Positions 1 through 12,491 of a stretch of DNA of 45,288 nt are shown here, piece after piece. Each line of letters starts with the position of its first letter. The first letter of the stretch is position 1. The DNA comes from Macrostomum lignano (lineage: Eukaryota), in contig NIVC01004454.1 in assembly GCA_002269645.1 (NCBI GenBank), positions 1-45,288 on the forward strand, read 5' to 3'. The notes beneath the pieces are model-generated. The model had not been told where the DNA came from and did no database searches. It saw only the letters and a list, made by a program, of their open reading frames with translations. Both the position numbers and the translations under genes were made by a program.

Positions 1-200
1 ATTTTTATAAAAAAGTGTTATATATATGAACACAATTGGGCCCACAACTAGTTTATTATACTGCACTAATTTCCATTAAAGTTCCACATGTTGCATGGCA
101 CCTTTTGAAACCCTGAATCCCAGATTTAAATTTGAAATTTATTCTAATGTATATTTTGATATATGATTAGCTTCATTACTACTAGTTACTTTTATACTAC

Positions 201-520
201 TTAATTAAAGAGAAAAAAAGAAAAAAAGAGAGAAAAGAAAAAGAGGTGAAAGAAAAGATCTAAAAAGGAAAAAGAAGAAGACAGAAAAGGGAGAAGAAAG
301 AGATTGGGAGAAAGGAATGATGAAAGAAAAAGAAATGTGAAACAATGTGAAGGGAAAAGAGAAAAAAAGAGAAAAGAGAAGGGAAAAGAATAAAAAGGAA
401 AGAAAAAAAGAGAAGAGAACAAAAAAGAAAGGAATGAAAAGACAAGATGATAGATAAGATAGGAAAAGAAAAGAAAAAGGAAAAAGGCAAAAAAGTAAGA
501 AGAGGAAGAATTTCATGAAG
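201..520 (+). repeat. A/G-rich low-complexity purine tract
   Basis: About 320 bp almost entirely of A and G. The F/L/S-rich minus-strand ORFs at 201-516 are by-products of it. Confidence 0.9.
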
Positions 521-3500
521 AATTTTCTACTATATAAATTTTAATATTTTGGGACAAATTCAAAATGATTTATACAAAAACAGAACTATATAATTGGCTA
601 GTTTGAATTATTTTTCTAAAAGTATAAGATCTTGTAATCTTTTTATTTTTATGATAAAATATTGAAATATATAAAATGTATTTTAATTTTTTTACAAATT
701 AATATTATAAAGTACTTATTGTCACTAAAATAACTAACTCACTAAATTTTCCATTTTTACCAATAGTGAAATGTCTATCATAAAAGCAACTTGTCATTGA
801 TTGTTATTTTTTGTCATTAAAATATTAGAAATAACATTTTTAAAACAATTTATACCCATAGATTCCAATAGTGATTTTAGCAATAATACTAACAAGTTTT
901 TAGCATTATGGTATAATACTTGGGTCAAGTGTATAAGGTTGTGAGTTTGATTTTTTAGCTGTTACTATTGAGAATTTTTTATTGATTACAATTACAAAAC
1001 ACTTTTTGTTAATACACTTAACTTTATAAAAAATATTTATAATATTTACAATTTTTTTGTGCAACAACTGCTACATAAATGCTATATAATAGTTAAGCCA
1101 ATATATATCAAAAGAAACTTTTTCTTCTTAAGAAAGACATTTTTAAATAAATAAGCCATATACTATTACAAAATATTTATTAGGCCTTTTACTTTTCTTT
1201 TATTCAATAAATCATTAATCAATATTGAATTAATATAGGCCTACAATGATGAATTGTTTAGTATATTAATATGATAAAGTAGCAAATCCTTGAAATTTGT
1301 AGGCTATTGATTAAATAGTAAGCCACAATATACACATATTTTATTGCTTTATTTGTAAAACATAAATGGTTTTATATTGTAACATTTAACATTCTATATT
1401 TTACTTTATTTATTTGTTTATGGATAGGGTAATTGATTGATTTAAATGTTTTGCATTTTAACATTAATTATTATACTTTTTTATTTGTTTATTGTATTTA
1501 TTTCTTTTGGCAAAACAACCTGCTTTTAGCAAATTGACTTTTGGCAAATTGACTTGCTACTTTACAAAGTATTTATAAAAAAAAACATTTAATTTAGGCA
1601 TTATCTTTAAAATAAGACCTTAAAAGCAAATTAAAGTACTAAAATTATGATAATCAAGGGCAAAAAATGCATAATAAAAAAAATGTCAATGAAATTAATG
1701 AGATACATTAGGCCTACTCATGTTAACTTAATCACAATGATTCGCTTTTAAGAGTAAGTGATCATTAAAAAGAAATCGACAGTATTCCTACAAACTGCGA
1801 ATTATTGCAGTGAATTCACTGAATTGTTTAATTTCTTTGAACTCAGCACTGCTAGGGCCTATTGTGTAAACTTACCTTGTAGAGATGCTCTCAAACAAGT
1901 TGCTCATCGTGCATTGTGGTTAGAAATTCTTCATTGCAAAATAAGCTCTTCTTAATTCTCTTAATCTAAAACTTGGTGAAAATTTGCAGACAATATTTGC
2001 TTAAGCCACAGGATTAGAATTTAATATAGCAGATGGAATTTATAAATGGATTACCGACAAGAAAAATATTGAAATCGTAATAATTGACGAGTAGAGTTCT
2101 AAACATTTTATCGCCTTCGAGGTAAAACTAAATTGTGTTAAAAATATGCTTTTGAAAACTTTTTTTTATTAAAGAGAACCAACAAAATAAATCGAGTAGA
2201 CTATCTTAGACTTTTAACGTTTAATATTTTGCAGCAGTGATTCCAAAAGACGAATGATTGAAAATGACATGCTTTTCGTATCGCGTCGTATTTAGGCAAT
2301 AATCTACAGCCATCAATGCGATCACAAACCTAATATATAATAATAATACTAATTACTAGAGCTAATTCATACTTTTTGCGATGTTGTTTATATGCCTTAC
2401 AGATATTTTTTCTTGTTATTTTTACTTGTGTAGCGCTTTAACAATTGAGCAGTTGGATTGCATTGGACCTACCTAAGCGCTAAGCCTAAGCCTCTAAGGT
2501 CAAGGCTAGCCCTAAGTTCTTAGAATTCCTTCCAAGTTCCAACTGCCTAGACGCCGGCGCCATAATAGCGATCATGCTAAAGTAAAAAAATATACCAGAA
2601 CAAAAACAATAGATCAATATTTTACATCAATCTATAAGCCTACCAAGCTCTATATGACAGACTTATTATGCTAGGGCTAGGCCTAGGCTAACTGGCTAAT
2701 GTGATAGCCTATGCTAGGCCAGGCCCTAATAAAAAATATATGTATTTGCATCAGTTTGGTTCTATGTTGACAACTAAGCAAGGATTATAGTCATTTTGCT
2801 GATTGTCATTTTGGTGACAAACAAAATTCATTTGGTAATATCTAGGCCTATTATCAAATTGTTGTTTCAAGCCCTAGGCCTATAGCTATCATATCGTAAT
2901 GTAGCCCCGTTGCTCTATGTGAAATTCCCAAAACAAACCTAAATTTATTCTGAAAATTTTTGGCAATCTTATATGATAGCTATTTTTGTTGATTTTAATT
3001 GTGGCTTAAATAAAAAAGTTTTTTTTTGTTTAAAGTGTCTTTTAAGTCAGCTTATCAAGTAATCATGAATCACTTGATTTTTAATTTGATTGGTTTTCTT
3101 AGAGGAGGGGCTTGTTTCTAGTAAACTTTCATTATCTAAAAAGTTATGATAACAATTGATCAAGGCTTACATTGATTTGTAAGCCTTTAATATGCTATAA
3201 CTAGGCTTAGGCCTACTGTCAAATTAAAAAATGATTTCTAAGCCTAAGCCTAGGCCTTTGTTTATTAGATTTTTATATGATTTTGATCAAATAAACACTA
3301 GTTTCTAGTAGCATATTGTTCAACTGCTGAAGATATATATCTATTGATATATATATACCTTAGTAATCTATGCCTCCTCATATTCAAATATTTTTGGATC
3401 TGTACCTATCCCATGCTACACCTATTTCCCAAGAAACAAATAGTTTCCAAAGAAAAAGGCATTTTGTCTACTTAGCAGATAAACTATCAGCAGACAAATG

Positions 3501-5816
3501 AACTAGAACTAGCAACTACCTCCTGCCTAATTGTGGGCCTTTTCATATTGCTTGCTCTGGTTCCAGAACCAGAACCAATTTGTGAAGTATAACTTTTTGT
3601 CTCCATAACTAGAGGGAGATACGTGCTATAAAGTTTTTATTATTGAATGACAATCGCCAAGAAGAAAGTGAAAAATTGTGCTAAGTTAGGTTGTTAAGGC
3701 AGTCAAATATTAACAGAGTTTAATAGTTATACTGCTGTTTTTCTTGGAATTCCGAACCGATTCTGGTTCTGGAATTGGTAATATGAAAAGGCCCTGTGTC
3801 ACTGCATAGGGCCATTATCAAAGTCCATTCGTTAGTATAAAATCTAAAGCATATATATACTCTATTGTGCATATGTATATGATAATATGTATTTTCTATA
3901 TAAAAAATATAAAATTCTAATCTAATGGGTGCATGCCTTATGCCTTTTTCCCTAAGTCTACCACTAGCATGGGAATAGGGTAGGTAGCCACTTAAAAACA
4001 ACTCGAATTATATTGTTAAAATACTATGGGCTTCATTATTTTAACAAACTATTTGATTATATATTTTTCTTTCTGTAGATATATATATCTACAGAAGGAA
4101 AAATAAGCTTGATTAGAAACTAGTTAAACCAAAACTGTTGAAAATTTTCAAAGGAAAAAAATCCAAAAATATTTTTCTTATTCAACAGTTCTTATATGCA
4201 ATACATCTTCTGTGTCATTTCAAATCTAGTATTGTTGCATACTATGTCTCTCCCTCTTTAAACCCTTCTTTCTAATGGTAAATTTATAAACTAGTGTAGA
4301 TTATTATATTTGAAAAGACCAACCCCTACAGCATTTTAACAATATCAAAAAAGAGATTGTTGGCTATCTCCCATCTTACTACATGTTCCCACCTTTATAT
4401 CCCAATAGACAAACAGTTTTAGAAATAGAAATATGTTTATCTACTTAGCAGATAAAATGACTAACACTTGTAGTTGCCTCCCTCCCAGATGTAAACTAAA
4501 AGAAAACTAAAGGGGGGCAAGCTAATTTTGCCAAAATGCAGAGCCACCCCTGGGTCTTTAAATTCTAAAATACACCTTCCCCCATTGGAATTTTTTTGGT
4601 TATACTACTAGTCCCATGACTCCAATTATGCATACAAAAGTAGAGGCTTGCTATAACCAAATATTTTTATGAATACTGGGTATTTATTGATGTAGCCAAA
4701 GATTTAAATCTCTTTCTATAGCATATATATACTATAGCTATTTTTTCTTATGATTATTTTTTAACTTTGAAAAACATTAGACCTAGATCTAAATCTAAAT
4801 GGTATCAGTTCTATAATTCAACCTATTTCAAATTAATGGGTCTTATTTTGTACTATAAATCTATAAAAAGAATGGCTAGGTCTATGTTTATCTTAATTTT
4901 AGCCCTATCATCCCAACCACATAATATATTTATAAAAAAAGTCATTTTCTTAAGTTTTTCCTCTCTTCTTCTCCTCTTGCATCTTATTCTCTTGCCTTTG
5001 CTTTCTCCTATCTATCTTCACTTTTCTCTTTTCCCTCTCCTCTCTTTTCCTTTGGCCTGCAGTTAGGTGCTAGGTTCTCTTTCTAGCCCCAAGGTAAAAA
5101 AGTTTGCCAACCCCTGATCTATAATGATATAAGAGCTTAATTTTTTACAAACCCAAAAGCCTTTTAAATTTGTATTCATTCTGATTCTATGACTTTTTTG
5201 TTTTTATTTCTACCATATTTAATCCCTAAGCATAAATGCCTATGCTACAAGTATAAACACAAAGGCTTCAATCATTTATATGCAGTGTCTTAAGTTTCAT
5301 TGGATAGAGAACAGGTATTATAAAAGATGCAGCTTAAGAGCTGTTTAAGTGGCTAGTTACAGAGGATAGCTAGACAGAGTCTTTTAAAATGCATTTTTCC
5401 TTTTCATGCTAAGAAGCAGACCAAATAGCATGCTGGGTGTGGCTATGCATTGGTGCCTGCCAGTCTCAAGTTTGGTTAAAAGTGCACAGATTACACAATT
5501 ACTTGGGGTTGCAACTCCAACCCCAAGTAAATCCAAGTAGATTGCGATGTGACTGAGACAGTTTGGCTGAAAAAAGCGGCGCCACGCTCGTCCCATGCCA
5601 TTTCTCGCAAAGAGCCACACAAGCATCTCAATTTTTCTTTCTTACTGCGCCAATTGGACAGACAGCTACTAGTCTGTATAGTTCACCTCAGTCTCGTAGA
5701 CAAACGCTGTGCAGAGTTTGCCCAAAAAGAATAAAAGGAGAGAAAGGTGTTTTGCACAGTAGTGTGTCGGTCTAAGCGTTTGCTAGACTTTAGTGGGCAA
5801 CATCTCGCTATTAGCC

Positions 5817-6561
5817 ATGGCAGCTTGTTCCTCAGAGATCGACTCTACTGTGTTCCTGCGCTGGCGACAGCCGTCACCGGCTCCGGCAGCCGAGACTGAG
5901 CGCCGACGACAACAACTGCGCGAAGATTTCCGGCGAAAATTTGGCGCAATTGAGCAGACTCAACCTGCAGGTGATTATAACCACGGAACTGCCAAGTCTT
6001 TAATTTTTTTAAAACTTGTTAAACGTACTCACTTTCTACATTTTGCAGTTGCTCAACCAAAACAGCAGTCGCCATCAAAAGTCGTTAGGCCTGACCAAAT
6101 TAAATCTGATACAAAGGCGTCCAGAGTGCAGCCAGTGCGAGTAAAATCATTGCCTCGACAAGAGTAAGCTGTGGTTTGAGCTTGACTAGTTTGCAATGCA
6201 ATATGTTGGCTTGCTGCAGATTTAGATTCTATATTTCTAACTGCTGAATTATAGCTGTCAGGCGGCTGCTGGCGTTTCGGTGTCACCGAAGTCTGCCGCT
6301 CAAGCTCCTGTGTCCGTGCCTTCGCAGCTGCGTTATATTCGTCTGCTGTCGCCTGACACCCGGGCCAACCGATGGATGCACACCACCTGGCACCACCTGC
6401 CGCCTAATCCGGACACTAGCCGGGGCAATTGTCGGGCCTCCCATTTTAGCACTGCGTTGTCTAGCGGCTCCGACTGCGGCCATTTTCGAATACATCCTGA
6501 CTGGGGCTGGGACGCTCCGCCATCTCAGACCGCTGGCGAGCCAGACTGCGCCAAGCATTAA
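5817..6561 (+). CDS. Putative 3-exon orphan gene, about 191 aa (exons 5817-5970, 6049-6163, 6255-6561); further upstream exons possible
   Basis: ATG at 5817. Intron 1 is CAG|GTGATT...TTTTGCAG (phase 1) and intron 2 is GA|GTAAGC...TATAG (phase 2). The joined exons total 576 nt, stay in frame and end at TAA 6559-6561. GC-rich exons in an AT-rich background. No family recognised. Confidence 0.5.
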
Positions 6562-7174
6562 CCTGTGACGTTGTGGCGCATTATTAAAACGCTTGACGAA
6601 AACTGTTTCGCTTTTTTGTTCGACCTTCAAGGTCTGGAATATGAATGAAAATATTTTTAAAAGATATATTTTTATCTAGGTATAAGTTATACGAGTCTTG
6701 GCGACTGGCGTAACACGATTAACCGAGCATGATTAGGTACCACCAGCTAATGGTTGAACTGGCAATGTTATTGACTTATAAGCTGCATAATGCCGCTTTT
6801 AAAAATCTGTAAACAAAACTAGGTACCATAAACAAGACTACTAACATTCCGAAAATACAAAATAAGTTACAAACTTTTATTGTAAGAAGACTCGGAATGT
6901 TTATTTTTGATAATTACTTTGACGTGGATGCGTTTTATACTACTTAAACATGCCTTGGATGGATATTTCGTACAAAGAGAAGGGGGTCTATTTCCGTTTT
7001 AGAAAATACATTATAGCGCGGTTATGATTAAACCGAGAGCGCATTATGAAGTGTCAAGTCAATATAGTCTAAGTTAATCAACTGAATCTGGGTTTTCGTT
7101 AAACCTGAATGTTAGTAACGGTCTGATGGAGTAAGTTGTTTACTGTTGGCTTCATTACAGCTCTGTCTAGCTTA

Positions 7175-8480
7175 TTAGCTAAAACTAGGGTCATGGTGGC
7201 AGCCCAGATGTCTCTTCGCGAGAGGCGCAAAAGGAGCCACTGGAGCTGATGAGAGGGCTGGGGAACAGCGCCTCTGGATTGCCTGCAGGTAGTGCAGTGC
7301 TGGGTCCTGATCCACGATTTTATGTAATTTTGGGTAATCATGGATAATTTTGTCGGTAGAACCCAACATGTGGAAGAGTTTGATACAGTCGAGGACTGTA
7401 GCAGAGTTTACGCTGCAGTCACCATGATGGCGTGCAAGGCAGCTTGACTGTCTGAAAGGAAAATGATCGAGGCTTTTTTGGCATTCCGCTTGAGTTTCTC
7501 CAGCTCCGGGTTCCACGTACCACGGCGCCGAGGTGCAAGGTCTTGCCTTTGTAGGCACGGACAGGGCAGGCCGCTTCATTACTACAGCCTGTCAGCGTCT
7601 CAGCCGTATGATCCAATTAACATCTTCCCAGGTCTCAATCGGACATACCTCCGTGAGTTCCTGCAAGTGAAGTTCAAAGGGTGTAGTCTTATAGGCCGCC
7701 CAATCGGTGTTGCAGATATTACGCGCCTCCAAGTGATCGAGGACTGGGGTTTAGTGTCCGCGATATTGAAGGCGATGAAGCATTCGTCAAACAGGGAGGG
7801 CTCCTCAGATCAGACTCTCCACTCCTCAACTCTGTCAAGATCTCAAGGTAACGAGTGTGGCATCGAGAACATCAGCCCATCTGTCATTGTTGAAGGTAGG
7901 AATGCTTGCACGGTTGTAGAGCTTGAGATTTGTGTTAGAGATGAGGGCCAGAGTCTCCTCCCCTCTACATTGGTGTCTTTGCTGCCCCAGTGCTAGTGCT
8001 TATGGATGGTTTGCATTAAGGTCGCCCCCAAGCTCAGCGTTCTGGAATTCTGCGCAGCAGACTCTCGGGGTATATAGGGTCCTGTCATCTGAAATATATA
8101 GATGACATATCTCCATCTCAGAGATCAGTCCTCAGCCAAGCCTGGAGATGCTGGCAGCGAGAGGATGTAGAGCCACCTGTTCCAGGGCCACAATTAAATC
8201 AGAGTAACCAGAAGGAATGTTGGGCAACTTACCGGTTGCGCATCCATGAGGGTTCCTGGATCAGGATGAAGTCTGGCCTGTACAGCTCAGTAACCTTCAT
8301 CAGATTAACTGATGCAGATAGACATGCTATAAATTTATGTGTAGAAAGGATTTCGCTTCTTTAGCAGCGTGAAGCTTAGCCATACTAAATGCAAAACTGG
8401 CTTGAACCTCGGGCCATCAAGGAGACTTCCATGGTCTCCTCACCCCGCCAGCTTTCTTGAACTCATCAACAAAACCGATT
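7175..8480 (-). mobile_element. Decayed, internally deleted non-LTR retrotransposon (LOA/Lian-like, APE endonuclease plus RNase H remnants)
   Basis: Minus-strand fragments across frameshifts and stops: FILIQEP (~8260), GDLNANH..WGS (~7985-8020), NRASIPTF, EWRV..EEPSLFD, NTDWAAYK, ACPV..PWY..LEKLKRNAKKA, then IIFLSDSQAALHAI (RNase H) and CRQSR..WLLLRLSRRDIWAATMTL. Confidence 0.8.
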
Positions 8481-10079
8481 TGAGCTGAAGGTCGACTTAA
8501 ATTGGGTATAGATTTAAGTGAAAAATCCGAGCTGAAATGTCAGACTCGGAGCGGCCTCAAGAGATCTTGAGCTTTGCTAGAGCAGCCAAAGGAGGCTAAA
8601 TCTCCGAGGGAGAAGTAAACCAATTGGTAAGCCTTAGTTAAAGTCTGTCTGTCTGATACTTCACTGGCATGCTGAATACGCCTTTGGGAACCGTACAATG
8701 TATCTGCAATAAGACTCATGCAAATAAAATCCGGGGCACGAAAATCAGTCTTATCCTGAGTGCACTGCATGATTGTTGATTCCGTTTTATCAAATCATTT
8801 TTATTTGTTGCTATATACGAGTATATATCGACGGTCATGCAGAAGCCTATAAGCTCGTCTCTGTAAACTTTCTCAGACGATGTCAACACTAAGTGGCAAC
8901 TTTATCCAATCCTAGCCATAACTCTCCGCTCTCTCCTCACCAGCCTAAGCTGGGATATTGTGGACTGAGATCCGGGAAAAGTTGAACAAGCTGATTTCGG
9001 GGTGGGAAACTTTGACATGTTGCTGAGAGTGCACGTATGTACCTTTGTCTGCTGACCCCGAGCTTCCCACAATATTTTGAGCGTGCGTTTTTGTTAAGCT
9101 TACCAAATATAGAAGCGCCGTTGGAAGTCGTCATCGAATCAAATTTGGAAGCTTATAAGACGTCCAACGCCAGCCAGAACACTGCATGGCTGAGCTAGCG
9201 GCCAAGTTCTCAGCTGTGCACCCCCCGACTGTCAAACCGCTGCCAACTGTAGCTATAGCCATATGGCCTATGGGAGAGTCAGTACTCAGATCGAGACGAC
9301 AATTTTGAGTAATTGGGCCGGGAAGCCATACAGCGATATGTGGCGGAACTGGGGTATATTTTACGGGCTGACGCAGCCGTTATTAATGCTCTACTATATT
9401 GTGCTAAGGATTCTCGATCAGAAGCCAGTATATGCATGTACTCACACTATAGCTTGAAGTTGAATTTGTTTGTACAAAAGCAATCGCACGCTACTGCCAT
9501 GCTCTTAGCCGCTTATCGTGACACCTAGCTTGCTGCTGGGTTATAACAACAAAACCGGGGCGTCTGCCCGTTTAAAACCATGGCTTAAAAGAACGCGCTA
9601 AAACTTTGCGCCCCGCGTAGCCTGGTGGCGAGAAAATTTTTAATCATGCTCGACTTTCGTCGAGCCAAGCGGAAACAGCAGGCTGCTCTCGTCAGCGTAG
9701 GAACGGAAGAGGACCTGTCCCAGCATTTTGAATTGCGAACTACTCCTTTTCCAGTGAGTACAGCTATAGGCTTCCTGTTGGCCGAGGTTTTCAATTTTTG
9801 AATGGATTGGAAGTGATTGAAGATTTGTGAAATTTAGCCTCTCATACTCTTACATTACGAGTCGAGTACAATAGTTTCTATATCATATCAATGCTATTAC
9901 GCGGGGGCATCCGGAAAGTTCTGACACTTACAGTCCCGGAGCAAAAACGAAAGTAAAACAAACAACTTTTTTGGTTTATTTTAAAGCGGCGAGTTTCTTT
10001 ATTGGAATAAATTAATTGAATCTCGTATATTTTAGTCATTCCATTCAAACTTTTATGCTTGAAAAAGCATCGCAATGCC

Positions 10080-10324
10080 ACTTGACTTACATGTAGCTGC
10101 AGGGGGCTATGGGCATCCGGATACAGAGGGGAGGCGTCGACATTCCGCTAACCCCCTGGCAACCACGGGCAGCTGGTGCTGCGGTGTCACGCAGGGAGAC
10201 CCGGTGGTGCCGGTGTCCGCAGCGCGGTCCCCTCCGGAGAGTCCAGAAGGTGGATGGTCGCTCGCCCGGTAGCCCTTCGGTAGCGGAAGAGCTGACAGAG
10301 ATTCTCGGGCTTGGGCCGAGGTAG
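10080..10324 (-). mobile_element. 5'-truncated LINE 3' end, same family as 43443-44072
   Basis: The reverse complement aligns with 43833-44068 (ggaccgcgctgcggacaccggcaccaccgggtctccctgc...tgtatccggatgccc...cccctgcagct) and ends in the same gtaagtcaag tail. Confidence 0.85.
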
Positions 10325-10634
10325 AAAATGTTATTGCTTTCGATAGAACGGATTGGAGACACAATGTTCATTTTTTAATATGTTTTGCCTTTCCTATAGC
10401 TCTCTTGATATTCATAGAGCTTTTAGTTTAGAAAATTAGGATTATGTCAGTTTTATATCCTACGTTAAACATGTCATGTGCCTAAAAATCATAAAAATGG
10501 CACAAATCGACTCGTTGCTTTCTGAATCTAATTTATCATTCTGTTACACATTTTCTACCCAGTCATTAAGCTAAGAAAGTTTTGAATTGCCTCAAAGCGT
10601 AGGTTTCAAAACAATCGCATTTCATACTGGTATT

Positions 10635-11039
10635 GTCACTTTCACTTTCAGACGATTAGCGGCATTGAAATGGCTTTTCAAGCATGCAGTCTTTGAGAAT
10701 AGAATGACCAAAGTAAACGAGATTGGGGATTTATTAGAAATAAGAAATGTGACGCTATAATTTGAAATGACATCAAGTTATTTAGCTGCTTTTGCTCTGG
10801 GACTGAGAGAGTCTGGAACTTCGAAAATTAGGGAATTTGCTTGGGACCCCTGGTACGTACGAGTATAGTTTATAGTAGAAAATGATTGAACTTATTAGTT
10901 ATTACAGCTTTATTGATCGAATTTGCATTTCTTTTATTCATTATAGATACTTAGATATCAGCTTTAATTATCCCAATACAGAAGTTGCTTTTCGAAGATT
11001 TGTCAGCCAAGAAGCTATAGATTCTTGGTGCTTATTTAG
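10635..11039 (+). repeat. 405-bp direct repeat, copy X1
   Basis: Near-identical to 11802-12196 (gtcactttcactttcagacg...ttatttag) with about ten small differences including a 10-bp indel. Confidence 0.95.
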
Positions 11040-11801
11040 TGTCACGTTATTGGCGTAGAGGCTATGACCCTTAGAAGGGCCGTTTTACGAGAGTTGTCGT
11101 AAGTCGTAGTCCCAAAATGAATCGAGTCAAGTCTTGATAAGCGGATTGTGTAGCGGAGCACTTGGCATACAAGGCAGGTAACTGCCGTAGTTGTTTTATT
11201 GTTGAGATCAATATTCAAATTTGGTTAATGCTAATACAGAACTTATTGTGCTTTTGGGACACTGGCGGCTGCAACAATGGTTTTGAATTGAAGGTGAATT
11301 AGAAATTGTAGTCGGGTGGTAGGCGAGTGATGCAAGGCGATGCAACGTGGTGAGTAACGGCGATGAGCACAGCAGTGGCAGAGGCGTAGTGGTGAGATTG
11401 GCGCTAGCCGTGGCAGACAGGCTGGCCCAGACAGAGGAGCCGTGGCGAGAGATAAGGAGGCAGATAGAAGGCAGGAGAAGGAAAACAAGAGCCGCGAAGT
11501 GAGGAGGCCCCCAGCCCGCCGCCAGGCGGGGGTTAATAAAGAGCGCAAAAGGGGGTAGCGTAAAACACGGAGAGTTTTCATTGGCTGGCGAGAGAACTTG
11601 AAATTATCGATCGTGCCAAAATTCACAGATGAGCGCAAGGCCTACCAAATACACAGTGAATTAGCAGTTGATACAGATTATTTGCACGCTACTATAAGTA
11701 AACGTTAAAATAAACTATTGGAGAAATTAAAATGAGAAATTGCAAGGGAAACTATAGTCCAACGGCCCTTTTGCGGGACCATTTAAACTAGCAACGTCAC
11801 A
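11040..11801. mobile_element. 762-bp TG...CA element, probable solo LTR
   Basis: Starts TGTCACGTT and ends AACGTCACA (8/9 inverted match). A subterminal 10-bp inverted pair lies at AAGGGCCGTT 11075-11084 and AACGGCCCTT 11761-11770. Internal AATAAA. No conventional short TSD. Confidence 0.5.
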
Positions 11802-12196
11802 GTCACTTTCACTTTCAGACGATTAGCGGCATTGAAATGGTTTTTCAAGCATGCAGCCTTTGAGAATAGAATGACCAAAGTAAACGAGATTGGGGATTTA
11901 TTAGAAATAAGAAATGTGACGCTATAATTTGAAATGACATCAAGTTATTTAGCTGCTTTTGCTCTGGGACTGAGAGAGTCAGAACTTCGAAAATTAGGGA
12001 ATTTGCTTGGGACGCCTGGTACGTATAGTTAGTAGAAAATGATTGAACTTATTAGTTATTACAGCTTTATTGATCGAATTTGCATTTCTTTTATTCATTA
12101 TAGATACTTAGATATCAGCTTTAATTATCCCAATACAGAAGTTGCTTTTCGAAGATCTGTCTGCCAAGAAGCTATAGATTCTTGGTGTTTATTTAG
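11802..12196 (+). repeat. 395-bp direct repeat, copy X2
   Basis: Partner of 10635-11039. Confidence 0.95.
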
Positions 12197-12348
12197 ATTA
12201 TAAAATATGATTTTTAGTGTACCCTTTCCTTAATTATTCATAGAGAACGATCTTAATAATACTTCCAAGGTTCTGCGATCTCTCTGCGAGATACTGCGAG
12301 ATTATTTCTAAGATTATCAAAGATTAATAAGTTGCGGCAAATGTTACG

Positions 12349-12409
12349 TTAAACCAGTGAGACGAAGTCAAGGCAGTTGGCACGAGAGGCGCAGGTTCGA
12401 GCCTGGCCC
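12349..12409 (-). repeat. Split direct repeat B2 (61 bp)
   Basis: Identical to 12667-12727. Confidence 0.97.
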
Positions 12410-12491
12410 TATTGTACGAGTATTCGAGCGTATTTATTAACTTTAATTTACCGGACTAAAAGCCAAATAAAAACCTTGGAGACTTAAAAGC

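Noticed and set aside
201-516. F/L/S-rich minus-strand ORFs as membrane proteins
   Set aside because: They are translations of a purine tract.
2520-2565. Minus-strand ATGGCGCCGGCG as a gene start
   Set aside because: The frame closes after about 25 codons and I could not build a spliced model.
5102-5116. gtttgccaacccctg as a hAT-type terminal inverted repeat
   Set aside because: No matching opposite end or 8-bp TSD found in the window.
12349-12409. tRNA-like or Pol III promoter in the retrotransposon repeats (GGTTCGAGCC in B, TAGCTTGGTTGG in A)
   Set aside because: The B-box-like and A-box-like words are on opposite strands and no cloverleaf can be drawn.
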